Shown: positions 47,426-56,382 of the stretch, one piece after another
Numbering within the stretch: position 1 is the stretch's first letter
How the letters are laid out: every line of letters starts with the position of its first letter
Assembly (NCBI GenBank): GCA_949293335.1
Contig: CASFDA010000010.1
Span: 2,567-66,566, forward strand
Direction: 5' to 3'
Source of the DNA: an uncultured Spirochaetales bacterium
Lineage (GTDB): Bacteria; Spirochaetota; Spirochaetia; Sphaerochaetales; Sphaerochaetaceae
DNA: 64,000 nt
Notes under the pieces: model-generated
What the model saw: only the letters and a program-made list of their open reading frames with translations
Databases searched by the model: none
What the model was told of the DNA's origin: nothing
Made by a program: the position numbers and the translations under genes

Positions 47426-48388
47426 ATGACAAAAGACGAGATATTCAATTTCTTCCATGATCTCGGAATAGTTCCTGTTATCAAGATAGATGATGCCGAT
47501 AAGGCAATTCCTCTTGCCAAGGCCCTCATCGAAGGTGGCATGCCATGTGCTGAGATAACATTCAGGACAGCAGCTGCTGAAGAGGCCATAAGGAAAATGA
47601 GTGAAGCTTTCCCCGAGATGCTCATAGGTGCTGGAACAGTCATCAATCCTGAACTTGCACAGAAGGCGGTCAAGGCGGGAGCCAAGTTCATTGTTTCTGC
47701 TGGTCTCAATCCGGATACTGTCAAATGGTGTGTGGCCAACGACATACCAGTTGTCCCTGGCGTATGCACCCCAAGTGAGATCGAAACAGGGTTATCCTTA
47801 GGCTTGAATGTTCTCAAGTTCTTCCCCGCAGAAGCAAGTGGGGGAGTCGGTATGCTGAAGAATTTCCAGGGACCTTTCTCCCAGGTCAGATTCATGACAA
47901 CAGGGGGAATAAATCCTTCAAATCTCTCAGATTATGCTAAAGCTCCGAATGTTCTTGCTGTAGGTGGCAGCTGGATGGTCAAGGATGCTCTCATCAACGA
48001 AGGCAACTGGGCAGAGATAACAAGGCTCTGCAAAGAGGCAACAACTCTCATGCAGGGTTTTGAGATCGTTCATGTCGGTTTCAACAACAAGAATGAAGAA
48101 GAGGCAACAAAGGTCGCCGAGGAATTTGAAAAGTTCGGATTCTCAACGAAAAAAGGTTCTTCTTCTACTTTCGTGAACAAGGAAATCGAATTGATGCACA
48201 AAATGTTCTATGGAACTCATGGGCATATTGCGATAAGAGCGAATGATTTGGAGAGAGCTGTGTTCTATCTTGAAAAGAAAGGATTCTCAGTTGTCAAAGG
48301 AACAGAGAAGTTCGATGCGAAGGGAAAAATGAAGGTCTGCTACATCGAGCCTGAAGTCGCTGGTTTTGCAATCCATCTTGTCAAATAG
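47426..48388 (+). CDS. eda: KDPG/KHG aldolase fused to a C-terminal VOC (glyoxalase-like) domain
   Basis: Eda part: CAEITFRT (Glu) and LKFFPAEASGG (Schiff-base Lys). Residues from about 215 to 320 (EIVHVGFNN...HGHIAIRANDLERAVFYLEKKGF...FAIHLVK) look like a single VOC module. ATG 47426 lies behind TAAGGAGGA. Confidence 0.8.
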   Translation: MTKDEIFNFFHDLGIVPVIKIDDADKAIPLAKALIEGGMPCAEITFRTAAAEEAIRKMSEAFPEMLIGAGTVINPELAQKAVKAGAKFIVSAGLNPDTVKWCVANDIPVVPGVCTPSEIETGLSLGLNVLKFFPAEASGGVGMLKNFQGPFSQVRFMTTGGINPSNLSDYAKAPNVLAVGGSWMVKDALINEGNWAEITRLCKEATTLMQGFEIVHVGFNNKNEEEATKVAEEFEKFGFSTKKGSSSTFVNKEIELMHKMFYGTHGHIAIRANDLERAVFYLEKKGFSVVKGTEKFDAKGKMKVCYIEPEVAGFAIHLVK

Positions 48389-48466
48389 AATAGTATTGTA
48401 ATCATTTTGGGTGTTTATCGGGTTCTTCAACTCCTTGTCCTGGAATCCCATTTTCACCTTTACATG

Positions 48467-48515
48467 CCTTGCTTTCGCTATTATCTCTTCCTCAGCGGAA
48501 GCAAGGAATTTTTTA
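48467..48515 (+). terminator. putative Rho-independent terminator of the LacI-headed operon
   Basis: CCTTGCTTTCGC / 16-nt loop / GCGGAAGCAAGG (12-bp stem, one mismatch), followed by AATTTTTTA. Confidence 0.5.
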
Positions 48516-48949
48516 TATGTGCAAAACATTGTACCATGGTACGCTATGCTTCAATATCTGATGTTATCAATTGAACATGGTTTAGTATGGTCTTGGATTA
48601 TTTCATATTCGTGATTCAAATCTTTATTTTAGTCACAATATGGCAATAGAGTTATTGTCAATTTCCCGGCAGATAGTTCTAGAATGAATATATTTTTCTA
48701 TTTCAAACTTTGCTTTCATCAAATGTTTTTGCTGCAGAAGTGTGAGTTATTTTATGTCAGGTAATGAACCTTAAAATATATTTTATAAGCAAAATATCAG
48801 AGTAGAAATATATTTATTAAAGATTGATAATTATTGAAAAATTTATATTTATTTCTTTAAATGTAAGAAATTAAATAATAAATTATTATGTGCCATATTC
48901 TATTTGACAGATATTAATTACTGCTCGAAAATATATTTGTGAGGGTTGA

Positions 48950-49621
48950 ATGACAGATAAACAATATAAAACAAAGAGCGATATGGTATACCATAAAATG
49001 CGGGAATCTATATTCAAGGGAGAATATACGCCCGGTGAGAGAATATTCGTTTCCGTGGTAGCTGAACAATATGGAATAAGTGAGATTCCTGTCCGTGAAG
49101 CCTTCAGAACCCTTGTGCAGGAAGGTGTTCTTACTTCCAAACCGAACAATGGATTCTTCATAAGCCAAATATCATTGAAGGAAGTCAAAAATATATTCAG
49201 AGTACGTGTTCTTTTGGAATCAATGGCAACTAAAGAAGCATGTAACAATATTACGGAAGAAGGTATAGCCTCTCTTGAGTCATTATATCAGGAAGGACGT
49301 GCGTTTATCAGTTCTGGTGATTTTTCTGGCTACTGGAAGCACAACAGAAAATGGCATTTCATGATTTATAGCTTCTCTGGAAACGATGTGCTTGTAAGAC
49401 TTATTTCTGAACTTTTTGATTTCTCTGCCCGCTATCCACTGTATTTCACTAAGAAAGAAGAGATAGAGGACTCCATGGTTGTACACCGGCAGATTATAGA
49501 AGCATTGAAGGAAAGGGATGCTGATGAAGCTGAAGCCCTGATACGAATTCATACTCTCGATACACGCAATCACTATGTAGCGAGGTTGCAGGAAGTCTTT
49601 GGTGAAAGACTGGGGGATTAG
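48950..49621 (+). CDS. GntR-family transcriptional regulator (FadR/FCD subfamily)
   Basis: wHTH VVAEQYGISEIPVREAFRTLVQEGVL plus a helical FCD-type C-domain. 223 aa. Confidence 0.9.
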   Translation: MTDKQYKTKSDMVYHKMRESIFKGEYTPGERIFVSVVAEQYGISEIPVREAFRTLVQEGVLTSKPNNGFFISQISLKEVKNIFRVRVLLESMATKEACNNITEEGIASLESLYQEGRAFISSGDFSGYWKHNRKWHFMIYSFSGNDVLVRLISELFDFSARYPLYFTKKEEIEDSMVVHRQIIEALKERDADEAEALIRIHTLDTRNHYVARLQEVFGERLGD

Positions 49622-49623
49622 AA

Positions 49624-50721
49624 ATGAACATCAATGCAGTCAGGACCACTATTCTCAAAAAACCTGTACAGAAAAGCTTTGGAAGTTCTGGCCATAACTA
49701 TAATGTCGGCGGTTATCTCCTGACACAAGTATTTACGGATGAAGGACATGTTGGTAACGCTCTTACATATTTTGGGCTGATCGAGTCCGGGATGAAGACG
49801 ATCAAACTCGTTATTGACTCTGAATTGACACCTCTTCTTATTGGAAAGGATCCGCATTTCGTTCGCCAGATAAGAAGAGAGATGTTTTCTCATCTTTCAT
49901 ATTACGGGACTACGGGAATATCCACGATTGCCATATCTGCTGTGGACATTTGCCTATGGGATCTCATAGGCAAGGATGCTGGTGTCCCGTCTGCATTTGT
50001 CCTTGGTGCTTCAAGAAAATCTGTTCCAGCATATGCGATGGTTGGCTGGTATTACCAAGGAGGTATAGCTGATTTGGTTGATGCTTCGATCAATGCTGTC
50101 GAGGAAGGATTCAATGCTATAAAGATAAAAGTTGGGAGAGGGAATCTTTCTGATGATATTGAAAGGATCAGGGCTGTCCGGTCTGCAGTCGGAGATGATA
50201 TCAGGATAATGGTTGATGCAAACTGTGCTTTCGATGAAAGTGAGGCTCTCCATAGAGGACAGTATTACCAGGATGAAGGTGTTTTTTGGTTTGAAGAACC
50301 TTTGGATCCTTATTTTCTCGAAGGGCATAGGAGGCTAAGGGAAAAACTTTCAATCCCCATTGCCATTGGGGAGAACTATTACACCAAATATCAATTCCAG
50401 CAGGCAATTGACATGAAGGCTGCCGATATCCTACAGCCGGATAACAGGCGGGCAGGGGGAGTAACTGAATGGATGGACATCGGTTCCATTGCATCTGTGC
50501 ATAGGCTGAAGATCGCAAGTCATCTGGGTGGCCCGGGGAATGTTAATGTCATGTGTGCCATCGAGAATGTTATCTATCTGGAGTGCGAAGGCATAAAGAG
50601 GGACAACGAAATGTACGAACATCCCCTTACTATGACAGATGGAAAAATAGTTTTGCCTGACGTGCCTGGAATGGGAAATGAGATAAGAGAAGATTTCATA
50701 GAAAAATACAGGATTTGTTAG
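49624..50721 (+). CDS. enolase-superfamily enzyme, mandelate racemase subgroup (acid-sugar dehydratase-like)
   Basis: KIKVG (KxK), MVDAN / FEEP / IGEN metal ligands, QPD ... ASH (Asp-His dyad). Confidence 0.8.
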   Translation: MNINAVRTTILKKPVQKSFGSSGHNYNVGGYLLTQVFTDEGHVGNALTYFGLIESGMKTIKLVIDSELTPLLIGKDPHFVRQIRREMFSHLSYYGTTGISTIAISAVDICLWDLIGKDAGVPSAFVLGASRKSVPAYAMVGWYYQGGIADLVDASINAVEEGFNAIKIKVGRGNLSDDIERIRAVRSAVGDDIRIMVDANCAFDESEALHRGQYYQDEGVFWFEEPLDPYFLEGHRRLREKLSIPIAIGENYYTKYQFQQAIDMKAADILQPDNRRAGGVTEWMDIGSIASVHRLKIASHLGGPGNVNVMCAIENVIYLECEGIKRDNEMYEHPLTMTDGKIVLPDVPGMGNEIREDFIEKYRIC

Positions 50722-50749
50722 TTGGCATGTTATGAAAAGGAGGGTTTGA

Positions 50750-51889
50750 ATGAAGATCACATCGTGTACAGCTATGATATTGAGAACACCTGTTTCTAGA
50801 CCTTTCACATCTGCTAGAGGCTGGTGGTACAAGACAAAGAATGCAATGCTAGTGCATATCGAGACAGATGAAGGTATTGATGGATGGGGCGAGGCATATG
50901 GACCTGCTGAATGTACGAAGCAGGTTGTGGATTCTCTTCTTGCTCCTCTTCTTGTCAATCAGGATCCGTTGGATACCAATGTCCTTTGGGAGAAAATGTA
51001 TCAGCGCATCGAGGATTACGCTCCTCAGGGGTTCGGTGTCGCTGCAATCAGCGCAATAGATATTGCATTATGGGATATAAAAGGTAAGTTTTTCGGACTT
51101 CCTGTATACAAGTTACTCGGAGGAGCTCACCGGCTATCTCTTACTCCTTATGCAACAGGGCTTTACTTTACAGAAGAAGATGGTGATTTCATAACTCCTG
51201 CTGTTTCTGAGGCAATTAAATACAAAGAAATGGGATTCAAAGGCATAAAAATGAAGATTGCCTTGAATAGAAAGGAAGAATTGGAAAGGGTGAAGGCCGT
51301 AAGGGAAGCAATCGGGCCAGATATTGAATTGATGGTTGATGCGAACCATGGGTATAGCCTCTATGACGCAATATGGCTTTCAAAAAAATTCGAAGATTTG
51401 GAGATAAGCTGGTTTGAAGAACCTATTTCACCGCATGACCTGAAGGGGTATGCAGATTTGAGGACAAAAACATCCATTCCTCTTGCAGGAGGAGAGAACA
51501 ACTTCACCCGTTATGCCTTCAAAGATATTTTGGATGAACGTGCCATGGATATCATTCAGCCAGATCTCTGTTGTGCAGGCGGTATAACAGAAGTGATGAG
51601 AATTGCCTCTATGGCAGAAGTTGCGGGGATCACCTGCATGATGCATGTCTGGGGATCTGCTGTAGGTCTTTTTGCTGCATTGAACGTGATGGCCGCTCTT
51701 CCGCCTAGTCCGCATTCTTGGAAACCTGCACCAGTTTGGATGGAATATGAACAGACAGAAAGTCCGTTCCGTGAAAAGCTTGTTACAGAACCGATCAGAC
51801 GAGAGAATGGAGAAGTATACGTTCCTCAGTCCCCGGGACTCGGTTTCACCATAAACATGGATATCGTAGAAAAATATAGGGTCAAGTAA
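50750..51889 (+). CDS. enolase-superfamily enzyme, mandelate racemase subgroup, second paralogue
   Basis: IKMKI (KxK), MVDAN / FEEP / GGEN, QPD ... MHVWGS. Confidence 0.8.
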   Translation: MKITSCTAMILRTPVSRPFTSARGWWYKTKNAMLVHIETDEGIDGWGEAYGPAECTKQVVDSLLAPLLVNQDPLDTNVLWEKMYQRIEDYAPQGFGVAAISAIDIALWDIKGKFFGLPVYKLLGGAHRLSLTPYATGLYFTEEDGDFITPAVSEAIKYKEMGFKGIKMKIALNRKEELERVKAVREAIGPDIELMVDANHGYSLYDAIWLSKKFEDLEISWFEEPISPHDLKGYADLRTKTSIPLAGGENNFTRYAFKDILDERAMDIIQPDLCCAGGITEVMRIASMAEVAGITCMMHVWGSAVGLFAALNVMAALPPSPHSWKPAPVWMEYEQTESPFREKLVTEPIRRENGEVYVPQSPGLGFTINMDIVEKYRVK

Positions 51890-51901
51890 ATAGGGGCAGA
51901 T

Positions 51902-52918
51902 ATGTTCAGAATTCTACTTTCACATCCCCTTTGCGAGGAGGGGATGAGGAAACTCTACACTTTTGATGACATTTCCGTAACTGTTGCAAACGAGGATACT
52001 CCCGAAGGTATATTGCCATATCTTGTAGATGCAGACGCTTTTATCCTTCGTGTTGGCAGTGTCAGCGGCGATATGCTCAGAATGTGCAATAAGCTCAAAG
52101 TTATTGCTAGGCCGGGTGTCGGTGTCGATACTATTGCAGTTTCAGAAGCTACGGCAATGGGTATTCCTGTTGTGATCACTCCAGGAGAAAATAGCCGCTC
52201 TGTTGCAGAACATGTATTTGCTCTGCTCCTCTCCGTTTCAAAAAATCTCTTCGAGAGCAGAAAGGAAGCGCTTCTGGGAAATTACTCTGTCCGAAATAAA
52301 TACAGGTCATTTGAGTTATACGGGAAGACGATAGGGATTGTTGGTTTCGGACATATAGGAAAGCTTGTTGCAAAGATTGCCCAAGGTTTTGGAATGCAGG
52401 TATATGCGTATGACCCGTTTGTCAAAAAGAGTGTAATTGAGGAACAAGGGGTAATTCCTGTGTCTTCCTTAGTAGATATTCTGGAAAAATGCAAAGTCGT
52501 TACACTGCATGTTGCATCAACGGAAGAAACAAGGGGAATGATCAGAAAAGAGACCCTTTACATGATGCAGGATGATTCGATCCTCATCAATTGTGCAAGA
52601 GGCGACCTTGTGAATGAAGAAGATCTTTATGTTGCTTTGAAAGAAGGAAAGCTCATGGCTGCTGCTGAGGATATGATGGCGAAGGAACCTTTCGATCTTT
52701 CCAGTCCTCTCCTGACTTTGGACAATTTCATTGCGACTCCCCATATGGCTGCATTGACAGGAGAGAGTGCTGCGCGATGTGCAATAAAGGCAGTGGAGGG
52801 TGTCATGGCTGTATTGCATAAAAACGAGTGGCCATATGTATACGACAAAAAGGTTTATCAGAGTAGTTCTTGGCTGGAAAGAAAGGAGGAAAAATCTGAT
52901 GCTGATGCGGATAGATGA
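51902..52918 (+). CDS. D-isomer-specific 2-hydroxyacid dehydrogenase (PGDH-like)
   Basis: GIVGFGHIGKLVAK, ARGDLVNEEDL, TPHMAALT. Confidence 0.85.
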   Translation: MFRILLSHPLCEEGMRKLYTFDDISVTVANEDTPEGILPYLVDADAFILRVGSVSGDMLRMCNKLKVIARPGVGVDTIAVSEATAMGIPVVITPGENSRSVAEHVFALLLSVSKNLFESRKEALLGNYSVRNKYRSFELYGKTIGIVGFGHIGKLVAKIAQGFGMQVYAYDPFVKKSVIEEQGVIPVSSLVDILEKCKVVTLHVASTEETRGMIRKETLYMMQDDSILINCARGDLVNEEDLYVALKEGKLMAAAEDMMAKEPFDLSSPLLTLDNFIATPHMAALTGESAARCAIKAVEGVMAVLHKNEWPYVYDKKVYQSSSWLERKEEKSDADADR

Positions 52919-53165
52919 TAAAGACAATGTGGCAGTCGTACTAGTTGATGGGAAAAGGGGAGATGTGCTGAAATGCGGGAATCTGACCATTAAGCTTTTA
53001 TCTGACATTCCGTTTGGCCATAAATGCGCTCTTCAGGAATTCAATGTGAATGACTTGATTATCAAATATGGTCATCCCATTGGTTATGCTACGGAGAAAA
53101 TTTCATGTGGCGAGATTGTCAGGGAAAACAATATGAAAGGCCTGAGAGGCAGGGGTGATATATGA
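52899..53165 (+). CDS. UxaA-family dehydratase small subunit (SAF domain; SuyA-like)
   Basis: MLMRIDDKDNVAVVL...SDIPFGHKCALQEFNVNDLIIKYGHPIGYAT matches the N-terminal SAF domain of altronate/galactarate dehydratases. ATG 52899 lies behind AAAGGAGG. Overlaps the upstream gene by 20 nt. Confidence 0.75.
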   Translation: MLMRIDDKDNVAVVLVDGKRGDVLKCGNLTIKLLSDIPFGHKCALQEFNVNDLIIKYGHPIGYATEKISCGEIVRENNMKGLRGRGDI

Positions 53166-54370
53166 ACAATCTGTGTTTTTATGGGTATAGGCGCCCTGAC
53201 GGTCAAGTAGGTGTCAGAAATCATGTCCTCATTATACCTTCATCAAGAGTATGCAATATCATTGCAAAACGTATTGAATCCTATGTGAACGGCGTGAAGG
53301 CAATAACAACAACAGGCGAAGTATGTCGGCATAGCAAAGACAGAAAACGTCTTTCCGATTTGTATGTTGGCCTCGCGCTAAATCCAAATGTCTATGGCAC
53401 CATCATTCTTGCTCAGAAGAGGAACAATGGTTATCCGGAAATGAAGGCTGAGAGCCTTTTTGATCGAATTCAGATAGCGGGAAAGCCATGTATTGTCCTT
53501 TATATGGATGAGTGTGGTGGCCAGAACTTCCTTGTCGAAAAAGGCATTGACGAAGCGCGTGAACTTGTACGGCAGGCTTCAGCAGAAAGCAGGGTAAAGG
53601 AATCTCTGCAAAAACTACAGATCGGTGTCAAATGCGGATGGTCAGATGCGACTAGTGGAATCAGTGGCAACCCGACATTCGGAAAGGCGGCAGACCTTTT
53701 GATTGAAAATGGGGGAACGGTTCTCTTTTCAGAGACGACAGAATTAATCGGAGCAGAGGAGATTCTAGCAAAGAGATGTGTCAATAAAGAAGATGGAGAA
53801 CGTCTTCTGAAAATGGTGGAACTAGTCGAGACTGCGGCAAAAGCCACAGGAGAGGACATAAGGACAATAAACCCGATACCTGCAAATATTGCTGCTGGAA
53901 TAACAACGTTAGAGGAAAAGTCATTAGGCGCTGTCCGGAAAGCAGGGACAAAACCAATTTCCGGGGTTTTGGATTATTGTCAGAGACCAACCGGGCATGG
54001 CCTATATTTCATGGATGGATGGGCATCCGCCTTTTCTCTTCCTGCCAGTTTGGCTGCGGCCGGATGTGCTATCACTCTTTATCAGTTAGGGGGAGGGGAT
54101 CTTCCTGATGATCCTCCGATGCTGGGGACTAATACGGCAGTTGTTGCGCCTCTAATGTATGTTACGGGTAATCCACACACAGCTGAGAAAGCAAAGAAAA
54201 GCATAGATTTTTCGTCTGCTGATGTTCTTATTGGGAAAACTTCATTAGAAGAAGCGGGATCTGATCTTTTGAAGAAAATCATAAGTGTTGCAAATGGCGA
54301 GTATGCGAAAGGCGAGACGGTAAAGTATCAGGATCTGATAGAACCCTATTTCCTGGGACCTGTTTTCTAG
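53162..54370 (+). CDS. UxaA-family dehydratase large subunit (GarD/UxaA C-terminal domain; SuyB-like)
   Basis: 402 aa starting FYGYRRPDGQVGVRNHVLIIPS, the usual start of the UxaA catalytic domain. ATGA overlap with the small-subunit gene. Confidence 0.8.
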   Translation: MNNLCFYGYRRPDGQVGVRNHVLIIPSSRVCNIIAKRIESYVNGVKAITTTGEVCRHSKDRKRLSDLYVGLALNPNVYGTIILAQKRNNGYPEMKAESLFDRIQIAGKPCIVLYMDECGGQNFLVEKGIDEARELVRQASAESRVKESLQKLQIGVKCGWSDATSGISGNPTFGKAADLLIENGGTVLFSETTELIGAEEILAKRCVNKEDGERLLKMVELVETAAKATGEDIRTINPIPANIAAGITTLEEKSLGAVRKAGTKPISGVLDYCQRPTGHGLYFMDGWASAFSLPASLAAAGCAITLYQLGGGDLPDDPPMLGTNTAVVAPLMYVTGNPHTAEKAKKSIDFSSADVLIGKTSLEEAGSDLLKKIISVANGEYAKGETVKYQDLIEPYFLGPVF

Positions 54371-54379
54371 GGAGGCAGT

Positions 54380-55258
54380 ATGCGTTTGGTAATGTATTTT
54401 GACAATGGAACGAATCGATTTGGAATGCTGTTGAATGACAAGGTATATGACTGTGCCAAGATTGCATCAGAAATAGGTCTTTCTGCTGACATGTCATCAC
54501 TTAGTGCTCTTCTGTTTTCCTGTGATGACTGGTTCTCTTGCCTTGAGATGGTAGAAGATCAGATCAGAAGAAAGGATTATCAGTACATCCCATTTGACAA
54601 ACTCAAATTCCTGTCTCCTGTTACAGATCCGGAAAAGGTATTGGGTGTCGCTCTGAATTATAGGGATTTCTGTATTCGAGGTAATCTGGAGATCCCTAAG
54701 AAACTGAAGGTATTCGGGAAATACAGGAATGCAATATGTGCTTCCGGCGATGAAGTAGATATCAGAGGACGTAATGTCACATATGAGGGTGAGATTGGAG
54801 TTGTAATCGGGAAGAAAGGCAAGAATATTCCTAAAGAAAAGGCAATGGATCATATCGCAGGATATACAGTCATCAATGATTTTACAGCGAACGATCTGAC
54901 CAAGGAGGATGTGCAGCTTTTCAGAGGAAAGAATTTTGATGGTTTTCTCCCAATGGGACCTGTGTTTGTGACGAAAGACGAAATTGATGATATTGACGAC
55001 CTTTGTATTGTCACTTCGGTGGATGGAGAGATGCGGCAAGATTCGAAGGCTGAGAATATGATATTCAAGATACCGGAACAGATAGAGTTCTTTTCTTCTT
55101 TCATGACTCTGGAACCTGGTGATGTGATTCTTTCCGGAACACCTGCTGGAACAGCTACACAATTTTCGCCACCGAAATTTCTACAGGATGGACAGATTGT
55201 CTCTGTGAAGATTGATGGAATATGTACGCTTACTAATAAGATAGTGAATTTCACATAA
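54380..55258 (+). CDS. fumarylacetoacetate hydrolase (FAH) family protein
   Basis: YEGEIGVVIGKKG, GYTVINDFTANDL, RGKNFDGFLPMGP, LEPGDVILSGTPAG are the classical FAH-fold blocks. Confidence 0.85.
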   Translation: MRLVMYFDNGTNRFGMLLNDKVYDCAKIASEIGLSADMSSLSALLFSCDDWFSCLEMVEDQIRRKDYQYIPFDKLKFLSPVTDPEKVLGVALNYRDFCIRGNLEIPKKLKVFGKYRNAICASGDEVDIRGRNVTYEGEIGVVIGKKGKNIPKEKAMDHIAGYTVINDFTANDLTKEDVQLFRGKNFDGFLPMGPVFVTKDEIDDIDDLCIVTSVDGEMRQDSKAENMIFKIPEQIEFFSSFMTLEPGDVILSGTPAGTATQFSPPKFLQDGQIVSVKIDGICTLTNKIVNFT

Positions 55259-55347
55259 CTTAAATATTTGTATTATAAATAATTATTTAGCTATTTACTA
55301 CAAAGGTAGTGAATATAAGTTTGTTACAACCCATAAAGGAGGAAAAA

Positions 55348-56328
55348 ATGGGAAAAAGGAGTTTGTTTTTCGTTCTTGTAATGTTCTTGGCCATTACAGT
55401 TGTATTCGGTGGAGGAAGCAGTGATTCTGATAAGGCGATTAATCCACGGCCGTCAGATGTAATCATTTATGGAGGAACTACTGGCGGATCATGGAACATA
55501 TTCACTACAGTTGTTGGAGAGTTCCTTCCAAGACACATTGAGGGAATTCGTACTACTGTTTCCCCAGGCGCCGCATTCTCAAATGTTCAGGGTGTGAATG
55601 ACGGACAGATAACACTTGCTATTTCAAAATTGCCAACAACAATAGATGGATATAATGGCAAAGCTCCGTTCAAAGCACCTACTGATAAGGTAGTGAACAT
55701 GGGATTCCTTTATGATGAGCATACACATATCATTGTAAACGCTGACTCCGATATATATAGCATCGAAGATCTGAAAGGAAAGAGATGTACGACTTTTGCT
55801 AGGGGAAATACAGCAGAAGTGATTTTCAGGGATCTGCTTTCTGTTTACGACATGACATACGATGATCTCGGTAATATTACTTTCTCAAACCTCAATGACA
55901 TGGCCGAACAATTCAAGGATGGGCTTACCGATTGTCTTTGCTTTGCATCTGCTCTTCCTGTATCTGTCGTACTCGACATTGTCTCATCACGCGATATCCG
56001 CCTGATAGACATCCCTGATGACAAACTTGCCGAGATGCAGGAAATCTCCCCTGCGTATATGCGTCAGATCATTCCTGCTGGAACCTACCAGGGTGTTGAT
56101 ACAGATAACTATACAATGGGCAATGCGCAGCACATGATCGTAAATAGTGAACTGGATGAAGAATTCGTATACGAAATGACAAAGGCTATTGTTGAAGAGC
56201 TTCCAGCAATAGGGCAGGGACACATAGTGTATGCAAATCTCACAGCTGAAGAGATGGCTAGGGATCTTGGTATTCCTATGCATCCAGGTGCAGAACGCTA
56301 TTACAGGGAAATTGGAGTAATGGAGTAA
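55348..56328 (+). CDS. TAXI-family TRAP transporter solute-binding protein
   Basis: Signal peptide followed by IIYGGTTGGSWNIF and a C-terminal HPGAERYYRE, typical of TAXI ('immunogenic protein') SBPs. ATG 55348 lies behind AAAGGAGGA. Confidence 0.8.
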   Translation: MGKRSLFFVLVMFLAITVVFGGGSSDSDKAINPRPSDVIIYGGTTGGSWNIFTTVVGEFLPRHIEGIRTTVSPGAAFSNVQGVNDGQITLAISKLPTTIDGYNGKAPFKAPTDKVVNMGFLYDEHTHIIVNADSDIYSIEDLKGKRCTTFARGNTAEVIFRDLLSVYDMTYDDLGNITFSNLNDMAEQFKDGLTDCLCFASALPVSVVLDIVSSRDIRLIDIPDDKLAEMQEISPAYMRQIIPAGTYQGVDTDNYTMGNAQHMIVNSELDEEFVYEMTKAIVEELPAIGQGHIVYANLTAEEMARDLGIPMHPGAERYYREIGVME

Positions 56329-56382
56329 TTAGTCATCGTGGGAGGTGAGAACCTCCCACAGTCTAGGAAAACTGGAGGAAAG

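Noticed and set aside
48411-48614. 67-aa ORF in the intergenic region after eda
   Set aside because: It contains the predicted terminator hairpin, has no RBS, and lies in AT-rich spacer sequence.
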